Shown here: piece by piece, positions 1 to 13,263 of the stretch | Numbering within the stretch: the stretch's first letter is position 1 | How the letters are laid out: each line of letters starts with the position of its first letter | Origin: Podarcis vaucheri | Taxonomy: Eukaryota | Assembly (NCBI GenBank): GCA_965113315.1 | Contig: OZ220370.1 | Direction: 5' to 3' (one strand) | DNA length: 64,000 bases | Notes under the pieces: generated by a model | The model's database searches: none | What the model saw: the letters and a program-made list of their open reading frames with translations, nothing else | What the model was told of the DNA's origin: nothing | Position numbers and translations under genes: made by a program

Positions 1-338
1 CGCCTACCTACCTGGACCTTGCGGTCATCTGAAGCCCTTCTTCCTGTGCCTCCTCCACAAGAGGCCCTGAGGGTGGCCTTTTCTGTGGTGGCTCCCCATG
101 TGTAGAATAGTCTCCCTAGGGAGGTTTGCATGGCGAAAACATTCCTCTTCAACCAGGCCTTTGGCTGATTTGCAGTCTTTTAGATGTGTGGAGGAAGGTG
201 GGGGTTATTGGTTGGTTTTGTTCTTGTTTTTATTATGTCTTTTGTGTTTTTATATTGTAGTTTTATGCTGTGAACTGCCCTGAAAGCTATGGATGAAGGG
301 CAGAATACAAAATTAATAAATAATAATGCTAATAATAG
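1..338 (+). mobile_element. Diverged 3' end of an L2-clade LINE, truncated by the window edge
   Basis: Contains 'ggccttttctgtggtggctccc...gaactgccctga...gggcagaatacaaattaataaataataat', resembling the 3' ends of younger L2 copies at 15922 and 34347. Short (AAT)n-like tail. Confidence 0.6.
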
Positions 339-3300
339 CTCAAGGGTGAGTTGAGAAATAAATCCCCTTGTTCACATCTCATGCCAGTTGTGACCTCACT
401 AGAGAGCCCTCAGGCAAAGAAGAGAAAGCTCAGCTCATGAATATAGGAAGGTCTATCTATTGTCCATCTATTGTCCAAGCTGACTTCCCGTGGGGCTCCA
501 GGGTTTCTGGCAGGGAGCTGTCTCGGCCCCACCTGGAGATGCCCAGAATTGACCATGCTCTTGTCCCCGAGCTACAGCCACCTGCTTCCAAGCTGACAAG
601 AGATGGAACCAGGCAGCTTCTTGCCAAGATCTCCCTCTCCCTGTAGCAGCCGTGTAACATGGCCTGTGTAGCTTTCCTGCCCCAGCCAGTGAGGTAGAGT
701 GGAGAAATGGCCAAAATGTGCAACACACAACACCTTGGCACAGGTTTGCATTCTTCCTCAACATGGATGGGAGAAGGGGGAAATGCCACACTGGGATGAG
801 CTCCTGTTGATGGTTAATCAATCAATCAACTTCAGTCTACTTGAACGCTCCCTGGCCTCTTGGCTACTGCAATTGTGATGTATTGGCTTGTTTTTAATAG
901 CACGTTGAAATATCTTGTATTGAATTGTTTCATTGTACATTGTCTTGGTATTGTTGTCATTAGGTGGTCTATCAATATTTTAAATAAATAGATAAATTTG
1001 ATGCTGCAGCCCCATATAGAGTCTGTGACTAATGCTGCTCTTGGAAGTTCTTGTGAAATATTCCTGAAGAGTGTTCCTGTTTGAAAGGGGTCAGACTCAG
1101 TTATTATTTCTGTCGCTTTCAGCCAGGCTGCCTCTCTCGTCTATTCCTAATATTAATTTGTTACAGGGATCTCAGTACAAGTGGAGAGCAGCAGCATTCC
1201 TTTAATGTTGCACCCCTGTTTTGTTTTTGTGTAAGCCACAGCTCAGTTGGCCTGTCTGCTTTGTGGGGGGATCAGGCTGCTTTTACACTGCATTGGTGTT
1301 GGATGGATTAAAGTCTATCTGCCTGGGAGGACGGAGCCAGAATTTATTTGTGGCTGAGTATGGCAATTGCTTCAGGTTCTGGGGCTTTTGAGGAAATCAG
1401 ATTAGCAAAGTGTCACGAACACCAGCAGGAGGCATGTGGAAAAATCACCTCATACTGATGACTAGCTAAGCCAAGTTGACACGTAAATAAGCAGAGGAAC
1501 CATGGATTGCACCTTGGGGGATGACACAAGCACATCCTCTGGAGATGTTGAACTGAAGAGTGTGTAAACAAAGCCACTGAGAAGGTCTCTTTTAGCACAT
1601 GGAAGTGGGAAGCCAAAGCTCACTAGTGGAGAAGGCAGAAAAGAGGGCTCTGGTGAGACAGTGATGGGGAGGATGCCCTGGAGAACCGTTCTTCTGTCTC
1701 TGATATTCCACTTGACCTGTACCCTCCTGCAACTTGTTCTTTCAGGAGGTTGACCATGCCTTAGAAGGGGCACTGGGCCAAGTGGCCTTTGAGGCCCCTA
1801 CAGTTATATCATGTCTAATAAGAAACACAGGACCTGGAAAGCTACCTGCTCCCTTTTTTTCAATGGCAGTTACTTTTCTGGGAAGGCTGAAATGGCTCAG
1901 CGTAGTCGTGAAGCTGCCTTCTGCTAACTGTAGGGAGCCAGTCTCGGCGGCATGGGCTCCCGCTGTCCCTGTCGGCTGAGGGGGCCTGAAGACAGCGATT
2001 CCCTTAGGCTGTGTGGCCACTTTTGTGACATGCAGCCGGACAGACACGCCTGACTGCTTTGGATATAATCAGACTTAAAGATCACATAGTCACAAGAGTG
2101 ACGTGGATACACAGGGCTGCAGGCTGGGTTACTAAAGGGATCTACTGCGTTCTGGGCTGGTGTGGGCCTGGTATCTGTTGTTCAGAAACCGAGAGCCAGC
2201 CTTGTCCTGCCCGGTCTGTCCTTGGATCATTAGCTCTCCTCAACAGCTGATTAGCATCTGGGATGGTAAACAGGTTTGTTGTGTTAAGGCTGATCAGGAA
2301 CAAAACTGGTTCAAGGCAACTGTTTTATCTAGAGAGGTGAAAAAAGATGTAGAAAAAACAGGTGTGTTTTTTTTTTTAAAGCAGCAACTGAGGGGTGCAG
2401 AATGGTTTGGGGGGGCTGCTGAAGATGCCCTCCTTACAGGGGTCTAGTGGCACATTTTCTAAGTGCAGGGGCACATTTTGACAGCCCTCATAGCTGGAAT
2501 CCAAAATATGAAGGCAGATATGTTGATCCGCTATGTAGCTATATAATAAATACCCCCCCCCCCCAAAAAAAAACCACCAGCTTTACATAGCATAATTGCC
2601 TTTTGATCAGGGTCATCTGGTGGCAATAGAATAGTGAGTAGCAGAGGTGATCTAGTGGCCAGCCTTTGGGGATTTTGGGTGGGGAGATTGAGGGGGGGGG
2701 GTCCCCATCCCTGATCAGACATGTGTTGTCCCTGCAGTCCTGCACATACTGTTGAGGGAGGGGGCGCCACTGAACTTAGTGGTTCTTGCTTCTGACCACA
2801 TCACTTCAACTTGTAAATATATCAGCCAGCTGAAATGCAGCCTTTATCTTTCAAAACCAGAAGTGCAAACAATCGGTCAAAGGTTTTATCTGCTAGCATG
2901 AGGCAGCAACCCTGCCATCAGAAAAAAGCAGCTTCTACTTAAACATTTTCCTCCTGTGCTCATTTGCCACACAGAGAAATACTAAAAACTGCTTGCCTGC
3001 TTCTGCCTTAATAGCCTCTTGATCTTGAGGTTTGCATTGCATGCAGCACAAACAGTCACGCCCAGCCCTGGATCGCTTATCAAAGTCCAGTTCCAAATCC
3101 ATGCAGCTCAGCTCAGTGTTTGCTCAAAAGCGATACTCACATAGTCCAGGCACACAGTGCTGCGTTAAGAAAGGACGCAGAGCCCTTGCAAGAGCAGGGA
3201 AGAAGCAGCTTTCCAGGAGGCTGCCTGGCCCCTGTGCATGATGCCATTCATCTTAGGGGAGTAGATCTGGCCGGCTAGATGGTGCCCTGGGGAGTTGCAG

Positions 3301-4015
3301 TCTGACAGGCATGAACTAGGACGCGCTGCACTCTCTTCTCTTCTCTATGACTTGACAGGCGAGAGGGGGAGGGAGGGTCCTGGGCTGAGAATGACAGTCA
3401 ACTGAAGGCTGGATTAAGTTATAATGCTTCCCATTTTGTAACTCAAGTTTTCTGAGCAGGCAGGAATATCCTAACTTTGCTGTAATGAAAAAATGCTGGT
3501 TCATATAACAAAAGAGATGGCTTATAGAACCTTGGAACATAGCCCACCAGTGCTGCAGAATTTTGTTGCTTAGAGACAAGACACCGATTTCTGCTTGTTT
3601 TCTGGTAGGGATGCTGTCATGTACAATTAGTTGAAAGCATTTTGTGTGTTTGTGGGCTGGTCATGTGGGGGTGGAGGCCTGGAATGTAAATAGTGCTTAT
3701 TTGCTTACCTGCATTCCTGTGCATAAATATATTTAAAGCAATTCCCATTGATCAAAAAGCTGAGTTTAGTCCTAAGCAAACATGCGAAGGATCATGCCCA
3801 AGTGTTCAGAAATGTTCACAAGCAAGGGCTGTTAGCCACCAGGCAAAATAGTGTTTCTCCATGAGATGAAATGTAAATGCTTGTGCTGACAGTTTAGTTA
3901 TTCATAATTTGCAAACTGAACATATTGCAGAGCTTGGAGACTTTAAAATAGTATGCAGTCATCTTCACAGCTGTGTGGACAATCCTGGTAAGATTCAGGG
4001 TAGCATCTTCTAGAT

Positions 4016-4148
4016 CAGGCATAGGCAAACTCTGCCCTCCTGATGTTTTGGGACAACAATTCCCATCATCCTTGACCACTGGTCCTGTTAGCTAGGGATG
4101 ATGGGAGTTGTAGTCCCAAAACATCTCGAGGGCCTTTGCCTTTGCCTG
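4016..4148. mobile_element. Short palindromic hAT-type MITE (~135 bp)
   Basis: Termini caggcataggcaaa...tttgcctttgcctg. 8-bp TSD ttctagat (4008-4015) / ttctggat (4149-4156). Near-identical copy at 43619-43754. Confidence 0.85.
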
Positions 4149-4961
4149 TTCTGGATCCTTGCTGATCTCTGCATTCACTAGAAAAACATAAGAAGTATTT
4201 GACTTATTTATATTAGGGGGGGCATATCTTCCCATGTCCATGATGTGTATATGTATATTTGTATAAAGATGTATACTTGTTGATTTAATTATGTGTAGCT
4301 TTGGGTTGCTGCTTTGAAATTGAACTGGAATATTTCCTGAAAGAGTACTAGCATTTAGATCTAATGGCTCCTGGAGTCGGGCATAGTTTGGGCTGTGTAA
4401 GTTTTGTGCTTTATCATAATACTCAAAATCATGTGCTTGACAAAACTTAATTCTGTGACTTCTGTGTATCAGCAAAACAGCAGTATTTACTTTCTGCAGA
4501 GTCATGGAAGGGTTGCAGAATTCTGTAGAAAGCATTCATGCACTACATCTGATCACTGGACACATGAGTCCTTGTCAGTCATGGTCTGAATATTTTCTGA
4601 ACCCTGTTTGTACAACCTTAGTGGGTAGGGATTTGCTCTAATTTAAAAAGAAAAGCAGAGACCCTCGGCATGCCTTCTTCTGTGTGCATAACCCTGGGCA
4701 TCAATCATGCATTGATGTTGTGTGTGTCTCTCTAGACATTTTCATGCCTAAGCCACAGCTCTGCTTGGGGCGATGTACTGTGTAAAGCCTATGACTGACT
4801 AGACTGACTTAGAGACCCTTATGGTAGGAGATCAGTTTGTGAGGGACATCACGATTAAGTATTTTGTATACAAAGGTTGCTGTTGAAATGGCTGGTGGTA
4901 ACGCATGTTCCTTGTCAAAGTAAAATCTGTCTCTGTCCTTAGGAAACACTTGGCATTCTAC

Positions 4962-5196
4962 ATGAACTACGAAAACCCTCCGCCATATCCTGGCCCGGGC
5001 CCAACTGCCCCATACCCACCTTACACCCATCAACCAGGTGGACCACCTGTGCCCGGTCCCTACCCTGGCTATGGACCAGAGCCCGCAGGGCCATATCCAG
5101 TAGGACAGCCAGGCTACCAAGGCTACCCAGCCTATGGATGGCAGAATGCTCCTCCACCTCCGGGACCAGTCTATGCAGATGGACCTAAGAATACAG
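4962..5196 (+). CDS. CYSTM1: CYSTM1 (cysteine-rich and transmembrane domain-containing protein 1), first coding exon; exon begins at 4943
   Basis: Acceptor ctgtccttAG at 4941-4942, ATG at 4962. Encodes MNYENPPPYPGPGPTAPYPPY...GPKNT (78 codons +1 nt), matching the vertebrate CYSTM1 N-terminus. Donor G|GTAATA after 5196. Phase 1 is compatible with the next exon. Confidence 0.96.
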
Positions 5197-7589
5197 GTAA
5201 TATTATCTGCTGTACGCAGGGAGCTGCGCTGCTTCATGGTTTTTCATGAAGGTTTCCCCCTTCTGTTACAGATCTGAAACAATGCGTATGTATGTTCCAG
5301 TCCTAGGGGGCTTGGTAACAACGTGAACTTGGGAGGAGGGTACTTATTAATGTTCCATGTGCTCTGCTCCATCTTGTTTGTTCTTTTGAAAGAGGAAGAG
5401 ATTTCTGTTATGGTTCTCCATATTGGAGGCCACTGGCATCCCTTTGCCTGTAGTTGCATCTCTGGCTTTCTTGGTAAAATGTGTGACTTTCTGACCGTAG
5501 GAATTTGCTATCCTGTCCTAGACTGGCAGGTACTGTCTTGAGATACTGTAGTATCTTCCTGTTTTCTTCAGGCCCTGTGGCAATAGGTCACTGCAGAGAA
5601 TGCCGAAGAGCAAAGGCATTGGCGTTTGCACAGTAGCAGCCTACTCCACGTTCGATGGGTGTTTTTGAGGATGGGCTGGGATTCTTTGCTTTAAAACAAA
5701 CCCAGATTCAGTGGCTATTAAATTATAGAAGATAAGGCTGTTAAATATATGAAGGTTAGGAAACTTTTAAAATTAGTTCATGTGACTTGCAAATGCTACA
5801 CAAGTCTTTCCTGAAACAATGGAGGCTGCGTAATACTGGGACTTCCAGGGTTGTGTCATCCCTCAGCTGAGGGTGTTTTGCATATAGAGGGAAATAGTCA
5901 CTCTCCTGTGTGAAATCCCAGGTAGCCATTACTGTCACTTCATGTGTCAGGCTTGAAGAAAAGGCTCTTCCCTTCTCTGGGGGGGGGGGGTTCCTTGGGG
6001 CTCCTTCCTAGGCCTGTTCTCCACATTGTCTCTTCTCTGATGAGCTGAGGACGCCCAGTGCTACCTCTCTAACCCAGACACTCCTGCTGTTCCTCTCTCA
6101 TCATGCATTACCTTGACTTCTGCAACCTTCTCCGCTGGCTTCCTGTGTCCCCACCTAGATATTTTCACACCTATCTCAAACTCTGCTGGCAAAGCTGTTG
6201 ACTTTTTCTGGACTCTGTCTCCATGGAACCCTTTCATTCATATCCAGCATAAACTTCTTGTCCTCTGAACATGGCCCTGCCTTTTCCCACTCTTTTCTGT
6301 CTTCTGAATGTGTCCTGCTCTTCCAGACATCTCTCAGAGTTATTTCCCTGAGCAAAAGTGTGATTCTTTCTTCCATCTTTAAAAAGCTCTTTTAACTCGC
6401 CTTCTCAAGAACACAGCACACCTTTAAAGCACATCCTTTCCCTCAAGGAATTCTGGGCACTGTCGTTGGTTAGGGATTGCTTGGAATTGTAACTGCAGGG
6501 GCAAACTACAGTGTCCAGAATTCTTTGAGGGAAATGATGAGCTTTAAAGGTATAGTGTGTGCACAGGCTTTTTATCACTTAATCATCAGAGAATGTGTAA
6601 TTGCATTTGCTTGCATGTGCAAACTGCCCTTATTTATCCCTTCTCCTCCCTCTGTCTTTCCTGCTGTCAAAAGGCAGGTTGTCAACACCTGGGAGAGCAA
6701 CATGCTTGTTTGTATCACATCCTTTCCCCCACTCCTATTTTTCTGTCACTGTTGTGTATGTTGATGGCATTGCATCAATCTTCCCTACAAATTTTGTGGG
6801 GGGGTGGTGGCTGCTGGCACGACAAAGTGCGTGAACTTGGGCAGTGCATCAAAAAATGCCCAGGCACTGTGTGGAATGCAAAAATGTGCATTTTCTTTTC
6901 ATTGGGTGGCTGCCTGCTCTGCTTGTCATCTTCCAGCCCCACTTTCTTCCCCCATACTGCACATTCTGTCTGTAGGTCTGGACTCTTGAGTTCTCCCTTC
7001 TCTGCAGCTGAATGTTTACCTGAGACACTCCTGTCCTTAAGGTTCCACTGTAAAAATCTGCCAGGCTCTCTTTACTTCCCTTCCATTCTATAAAGAGCAA
7101 CGTGCTCTTCAAAGTTCCCAGAATGAAAGCCACCTTATTCCTGCAGCTGCACCACCACCACCCCGGGTAACTAGGCAAGGAGAAAGGTTCAGGAGAAGAG
7201 TGTAGAGAACCCAGAGGAGGCTACTGTCTAAATACCAGTTGCAGCATCAGGTCTTGGCCTGCATGTGTGAAAAAAGCAGAGTCAGCCAGCGCACAGAGCC
7301 ATAGACTGTGCGCACACTGAAGTGTTAATGTGTATATGGCTTGCACAGTTCCAGTGTTTCCAGTGGGGGGTGTGTGTGTGTGTGTTGCATGTTCATCCAC
7401 ACATGAGGGCTATCAATCGAAAACTGTCTCAGTGTTTCCCATCCACACTAGTGGGCAATTATTGATGGGATGTATTAATATTGTGTATTGCTGTTCCCTC
7501 ACCTCAATTACTACCTCCACACCCTCCCTGTGTTCCAGATGCCTGAGGTCCATCTGCCAGCTTTGGCCCAATGGCAGTATCTGCAGTTG

Positions 7590-7982
7590 TCCAATGTCTT
7601 TATAAATAACTTGGATGTAGAAATTGGGGATATGCTCATCAGATTTGCAGATGACACTAAACTGGGAGAGGTAGCCATAATCGCCAAATATTCAAGATGA
7701 CCGTAACTGATTGGCGAACTGGGCCCAAACTAACAGAATGAATTTCAGTAGGGACAAATATAAGATTCTACACTTAGGCAGGAAGGACCAACTGCACAAA
7801 TATAAGATGGGGGACACCTGGCTTACTAGTAGTACACATGAAAAGAATCTAGGGGTTTTGGTGGAACACAAGCTTAACATGAGTGAACAATGTGATGCAG
7901 CAGCAAAAAAAGGCTAATGCTATTCTAGGCAGCATCAAATATAGTATCCAGATCAAGGGAAGTAATAATACCACTCTATTCC
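7590..7982 (+). mobile_element. CR1 LINE ORF2 (RT) fragment, degenerate
   Basis: Translates to FINNLDVEIGDMLIRFADDTKLG and NRMNFSRDKYKILHLGRK...EKNLGVLVEHKLNMSEQCDAAAKK, typical of CR1 RT, with frameshifts. Confidence 0.9.
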
Positions 7983-9239
7983 GTCTTCCATTCACAAGTG
8001 GTGCTGCCAGTGTATTTATTGGCCACCCATAGCCCAGTAGGAAGAGTTCAGTTGGGGCAGAGCCAGTGAGAAGCCCATTTGAGCTCCTGGGACCCTTGAC
8101 CAGGGCCCAGGCTGGATGACCGCTTGCACAGGACCTGACAGAATGGACTCCTTTTCCTTTCTATATCTATGTGGCAAGTGAAGGGTTCCAGTATTTCAGG
8201 AATTATTAATTACAAAATTATACGTGTAATGCTAGCTATTACAGCAACACATTCCGAAGCCTCTCTGTTCCACATGTCCTTAAAGCTCATTTTCATTTTA
8301 TTGCAGTCTCAGGTTATAAACTGACTGCAAGGAAACGAGAGGTTCAATAATTCATAGGAAGATAATCTTCCTGCAGTGACAAAGAAGGGGTGGAGTTCGG
8401 GCGAAGTTTGCAAATATATTGGCACAACAGTTTCTCGTAGTAGAAAGTCATATAAGATATTAGAGCAACTTTTTAAATTTAGAAAACCGTTCAGGATTGG
8501 GGCTAGTTAAAGGTGTTGTGCTTAAGGATGAATAGTCATGCTTAAAATGCTTTTGTATTGCTTAACAGGTTTGGTATCTTTTGGATCGCCCTATTTTATT
8601 CTGTGTTTTAATCAATGAGAATAGATTGATGTGGCAGAAATATGATCAGGTAGAAGAGAATAGGTGTCCCATTTACACTTTTGATTGTCTGCTGGCAGTG
8701 TCATGGTTTTGCTTGGTAGTAATCCTAATTTCATTAACTTTACTCTATGATTGTCATGTCTTTGTCATTTTAGCAGCCTTGGAATAGAAAAGCAGCACAG
8801 AAGTAATTTGAAATGTACAGACCTTGTGATTCACGAGGTATCAGAGGCCTTTATTTGACACCCCATGAGTCACAAAAGGGATGCACGTTAATTCATGAAA
8901 GGTTTTGGAAATTTGCAAAGTAAATTTAAATCAGTTGAAAACATCCCCTCCCCCCGAAATCCTATATATCTCTTACTTTTTGAATTTATGCAGCAACTAA
9001 TTAGGGAAGTAATGAACTCTCCTACGTTAATGTTTTTTTTTGGGGGGGGGAGTTATGTAAAATAGCTGAAATTCTAGTTATTAAATGTATATTGAGGTAA
9101 GAGAAAAATGGACAACAAATATAGTATAAAATTCTATTGAACACTGAGTTTATTTACTATGATGTAAGTTATTTTAAAGTGCTTCTGTATTAAAATAATT
9201 TTAAATATGCATACAAGCAGTCAGTGAAGATATTTAATA

Positions 9240-9583
9240 CAGTGGTGCCTCGCAAGACGAAAAGAATCCGTTCTGTGATTCTCTTCGTCTAGCGGTTTTT
9301 TCGTCTTGCGAAGCAAGCCCATTGACGGATTAGTGGATTAGCTCTATTAGCACTATTAGCGGCTTTTAGCGGCTTATCAGCTTATTGGATCAGCTGATAA
9401 GCTGCTTAGCGGCTTAGAAAAAGGGGGGGAAAGGAAAAACACCAGCAGGAACTCGCAAGACATTGTCGTCTTGCGAAGCAAGCCCATAGGAAATTCGTTT
9501 TGCGAAGCACCCCCAAAACGGAAAACTCTTTCGTCTAGCGAGTTTTTCGTCTTGCGAGGCATTCGTCTTGCGGGGCACCACTG
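9240..9583. mobile_element. Tc1/mariner (Tigger-like) MITE, family A
   Basis: TIRs cagtggtgcctcgcaagacg / cgtcttgcggggcaccactg, TA on both sides. Internal degenerate (ttagcgg) repeats. Copies at 54698-55045 and 62750-62949. Confidence 0.9.
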
Positions 9584-12561
9584 TAGAGGGAATGTTGCCT
9601 TGGCATTGTATAATCCAGTGGCTGCCAAATTGGTTCTCACTGGTCCCAGGGCACCCAGGATTTCCTTCTCTAATGCCCTGAGCAAAGATCCTGGACTCTG
9701 AACTCCCAGTCCTCCTAAGGAGAAATGGATGAAGCAAAATGGACAGGTACCAGGCCTTCTAAGTGATTGCTGTGAAGTGAGTCAGCCTAAGTGAGTTAGC
9801 CAGTGAATGATTGATAAGCAAGTTGTTTGAACACCAGGCCAAAGGGAATCCCTGGGTTCTGTTTCGCCCTCTCCTTTAGCGTAATTTTCCTGCTTCTGCC
9901 TTACTTCTCTGTAGCTTGCCTTTCCTTTTTTCCTGTTAACCAGGATGCTTCTTTCCTGTGGTGGGTTCATTTGAAAACAGGTACTCTCTAGATATTTTCT
10001 GTAAATACTACTGCACAATAAGTCTTGGTGAATTTTAAATAATTCCCCCAAGCTCCAAAAAGGCAAATATGAAAATTTTGCAGAGAAACTTAAGGACTCA
10101 TTGAGAATTTACATGGCATACCTATCAACTCAGAATTAAGTCTTTTTGTATTTAATGGGCATTTAAAGGGTACAGGATGACAGCCTAGGGTTTGATTTAG
10201 GATTGGTGCTGTGGGAAAACAGAGTTCCTGGACGTGGAAGACATAAATTCAACAGGTCAATTATTTCATTGTATGGGAATACAATTATGGGGAAAGCTTG
10301 TAATTACAATGATCCTTGCATTCCAGATGGGAACAGGCCACATCACGTTTTTTATCCAGCCTTGGAAGAGTTAGTTTAATTAGGCACGTAGGCTGTGTTT
10401 TTTTTAAAAACAACAACAACATGTGCATCTCCTCTTAGAAAGGAAAAGGTTCTGGCTGTCTGCACTCCGTGCTGGCTTCATGCAGGTTGCATTTTAAGTG
10501 ACATTTGTGTGGTCAAACGGGCACAGAAAAATTAAGACACCTGGGATTGCAGTCTCTCCTCCCCTGCCCCTTCAACCTCCTGTATTTTTCATTTTCATGA
10601 AACAGAAACTTAATCTGTATAACATTTTAACTGGCTCCAACCAGATTATGCAATAAAGGAATTATGCAATCCTGGATTGATCTCAAGCTTAAAGGAAAAC
10701 AATTGCTGGCAATTCCGGACTCCTAGTTCTCTACTCTGCCTTTTCCAACAAGAAACGGAGACCAATCAGTGTGAGAAACTGGGAGAGAAAAGCTCTTTGC
10801 CACGTGGCTCCTGGTTACAGGGGCAAAAACAGAATGGCCAGTTGCCTCTCTTCCCACCCCCCCACCCCATGCAGTTGCACTTTCTATTTATTTTTTCAAA
10901 ATACGTGAACTAATGCACAATTCACATCAGTGGCACCTTGATAATATCACATTTTTAATAGTGATTCGTAATTGGACACCACAAACATAAATGTGGCACA
11001 GCCCTGCAGTTGTCACCAAAGCTAGACATCATTTGAATAATAAATATTAACAGATACCAGAATGTGTGTGTATAAACATATGTGTAATGTAAAGTACTGT
11101 GCTAGATTTACACTCTCCTTGAAAGAACAAGTTCAGAGCTGCTCATTTCCTGGATCTGTTTCTGTGCTGGAGGCACAGGTTGGTTTTTGCCACTTTAGGC
11201 CAAGACAATCTAGCACTGGACAACTTACAGATGGAGGGGTAGTTTACTATTGTTGACTTTTTTCTTGTAGAATCTTGCACAAAATAACTTGTAAGGTTGC
11301 TCTGTCAACATTCACACTGTGTTTGTAATTTTACTATCTCGCTAAGCCAAATAAGATGCTTTTATAATTGAGAAGTACCTCCACTCTTGTCGTATATTTG
11401 GTTTTTCCTTATAATAACGTGCATGCCATTTTGTCTTAACGAGTCAGTCAGCTGAAATAACCAGTCATTACAAAACTAGAAATAACCAAGTTGACATGGG
11501 TGATCCCCAGCACATTTCATGCGATAAAATGTTTGATCTGTTAGGCTGCTAGAGGAAACAGAAAGCTTATACAGTATAGGCAGCAGTCATTTTAGGCGCG
11601 TCAGATATGTGCACGAGCAGGCACAAGGGCATTGCGCCAAACTGGGAAGTGACCCCAAAATGTCATAAAAGGGGTGGGAGGGGACGGAGTGCTTGCAAGC
11701 TTTTCAATGGTGTTTCAGGTATACATGATTTCACTTAAATGTGTGGTGCCTTGGAACATATCCCCTGTGTAAATTGGAACATATTTATCTTTATTAACCA
11801 GTAAATAACAGGTTTTCTTGCTATAGTTCAAAAAGGACACTGTCTAAAAAATCTTTCAAAAACCTGTTCCTAGGGGAATTATACATTCCAGGGGGAATAT
11901 AAACTCTAGCTACAAATGCATACATTCATTGTATTTCCCCTCCAAATAGATTTGCCTCATTCAGCCACATTTTCTCTTAAACTATGGTTAAATATTGAAC
12001 ATGCCTCTCCGCTGCTCTCTGCGTGCCCTTTTGGTTTCTCACCCTCCTGGTGCAGCTGAAGGAAGCTGTAGTAGGTCTTGCCATCCATCCATAGACCTGA
12101 GTCAGCCGGAAGTAAAACGAGAACAAACCTTTGCAAGTGGCAGAAGCCGCATGACCTGGGCAAGGCATGGTCCCGATTAAGCCATGGTTGAAGACAAGCC
12201 AAGTTGTGCTGTGTGAACCAGACCACTGTGGGCATAGCATGGGAGCTCAAAGCTGTGGGTGCTTTCCTTTTTGCACCTACAGATAATTCAGAAACGTAAT
12301 CTGGAAGACCATGATCAGATTCAGTAGAAAAAAGAAATGGTGGAAATGATATAGTTTGAAGATAACATCTAGTTAACAGAAGATTCCCCCCCCCTTTTAA
12401 TACCCATTTGTAGCTATAGGGGTAACAACCCTAAGAACATCTGAAATCAGGACATACATGTAAGGAAGGGTTTCACCCCAACTTTATAAATTAGCCCCAA
12501 AAATCATTTGGGGGGGCAACTCTGTGTGCCATATGCTCCAAATCCCTTGCTCTTCCTTTCT

Positions 12562-12902
12562 GAAGGTAAAGGGACCCCTGACCATTAGGTCCAGTCGTGG
12601 CCGACTCTGGGGTTGCAACGCTCATCTCGCTTTACTGGCCAAGGGAGCCAGTGTACAGCTTCTGGGTCATGTGGCCAGCATGACTAAGCCGCTTCTGGCG
12701 AACCAGAGCAGCGCATGGAAACGTTTTACCTTCCCGCCGGAGCGGTACCTATTTATCTACTTGCACTTGACGTGCTTTCGAACTGCTAGGTTGGCAGGAG
12801 CAGGGACCAAGCAACGGGAGCTCACCCCGTCGTGGGGATTTGAACTGCCGACCTTCTGATTGGCAAGCCCTAGGCGCTGTGCTTTAATGGCGCTGTGGTC
12901 CA
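12562..12902 (-). mobile_element. Sauria SINE with a 5'-terminal inversion
   Basis: Reverse complement of the tRNA-derived head, body and ACCTT tail. 14-bp TSD tgctcttcctttct at 12548-12561 and 12903-12916. Confidence 0.93.
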
Positions 12903-13263
12903 TGCTCTTCCTTTCTACCTTTATATTTAAAGTGAACTTGAGCAGCCCCCACTTCCCGTTAGAGGACTGTCCTCTGTAAAATAGGGCACACGGCCCCACT
13001 TGGCTGCAATTTCAACCAGTACAGAAGCAAGGCAGTTTGCACCCTGGGCAGTACTGGAGAAAACACAGCTTCACATCTCCCACATGGTGGGTTCAAGAGT
13101 GACCCAAGAATGGAATAGTGCATTCATAAAGAAAATCCATGGAGTGAGTGTGTGCCTGTTAAACAGGTGTTTGTTGATAGAGGAGACATTAATCTGCCCC
13201 CCCCCCCGCTTATGTTATTATTTTCTGGTAGCTAAGGGGGATCTTTGACTCCCCATTGAGCAC

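Noticed and set aside
4905-5249. 114-aa single-exon ORF as the CYSTM1 CDS
   Set aside because: The upstream ATG lies before the acceptor at 4941-4942 and the tail reads through the donor at 5197. The spliced model matches the known protein.
6036-6070. CTGATGA followed by a short stem, as a possible second hammerhead
   Set aside because: No GAAA core or cleavage triplet follows.
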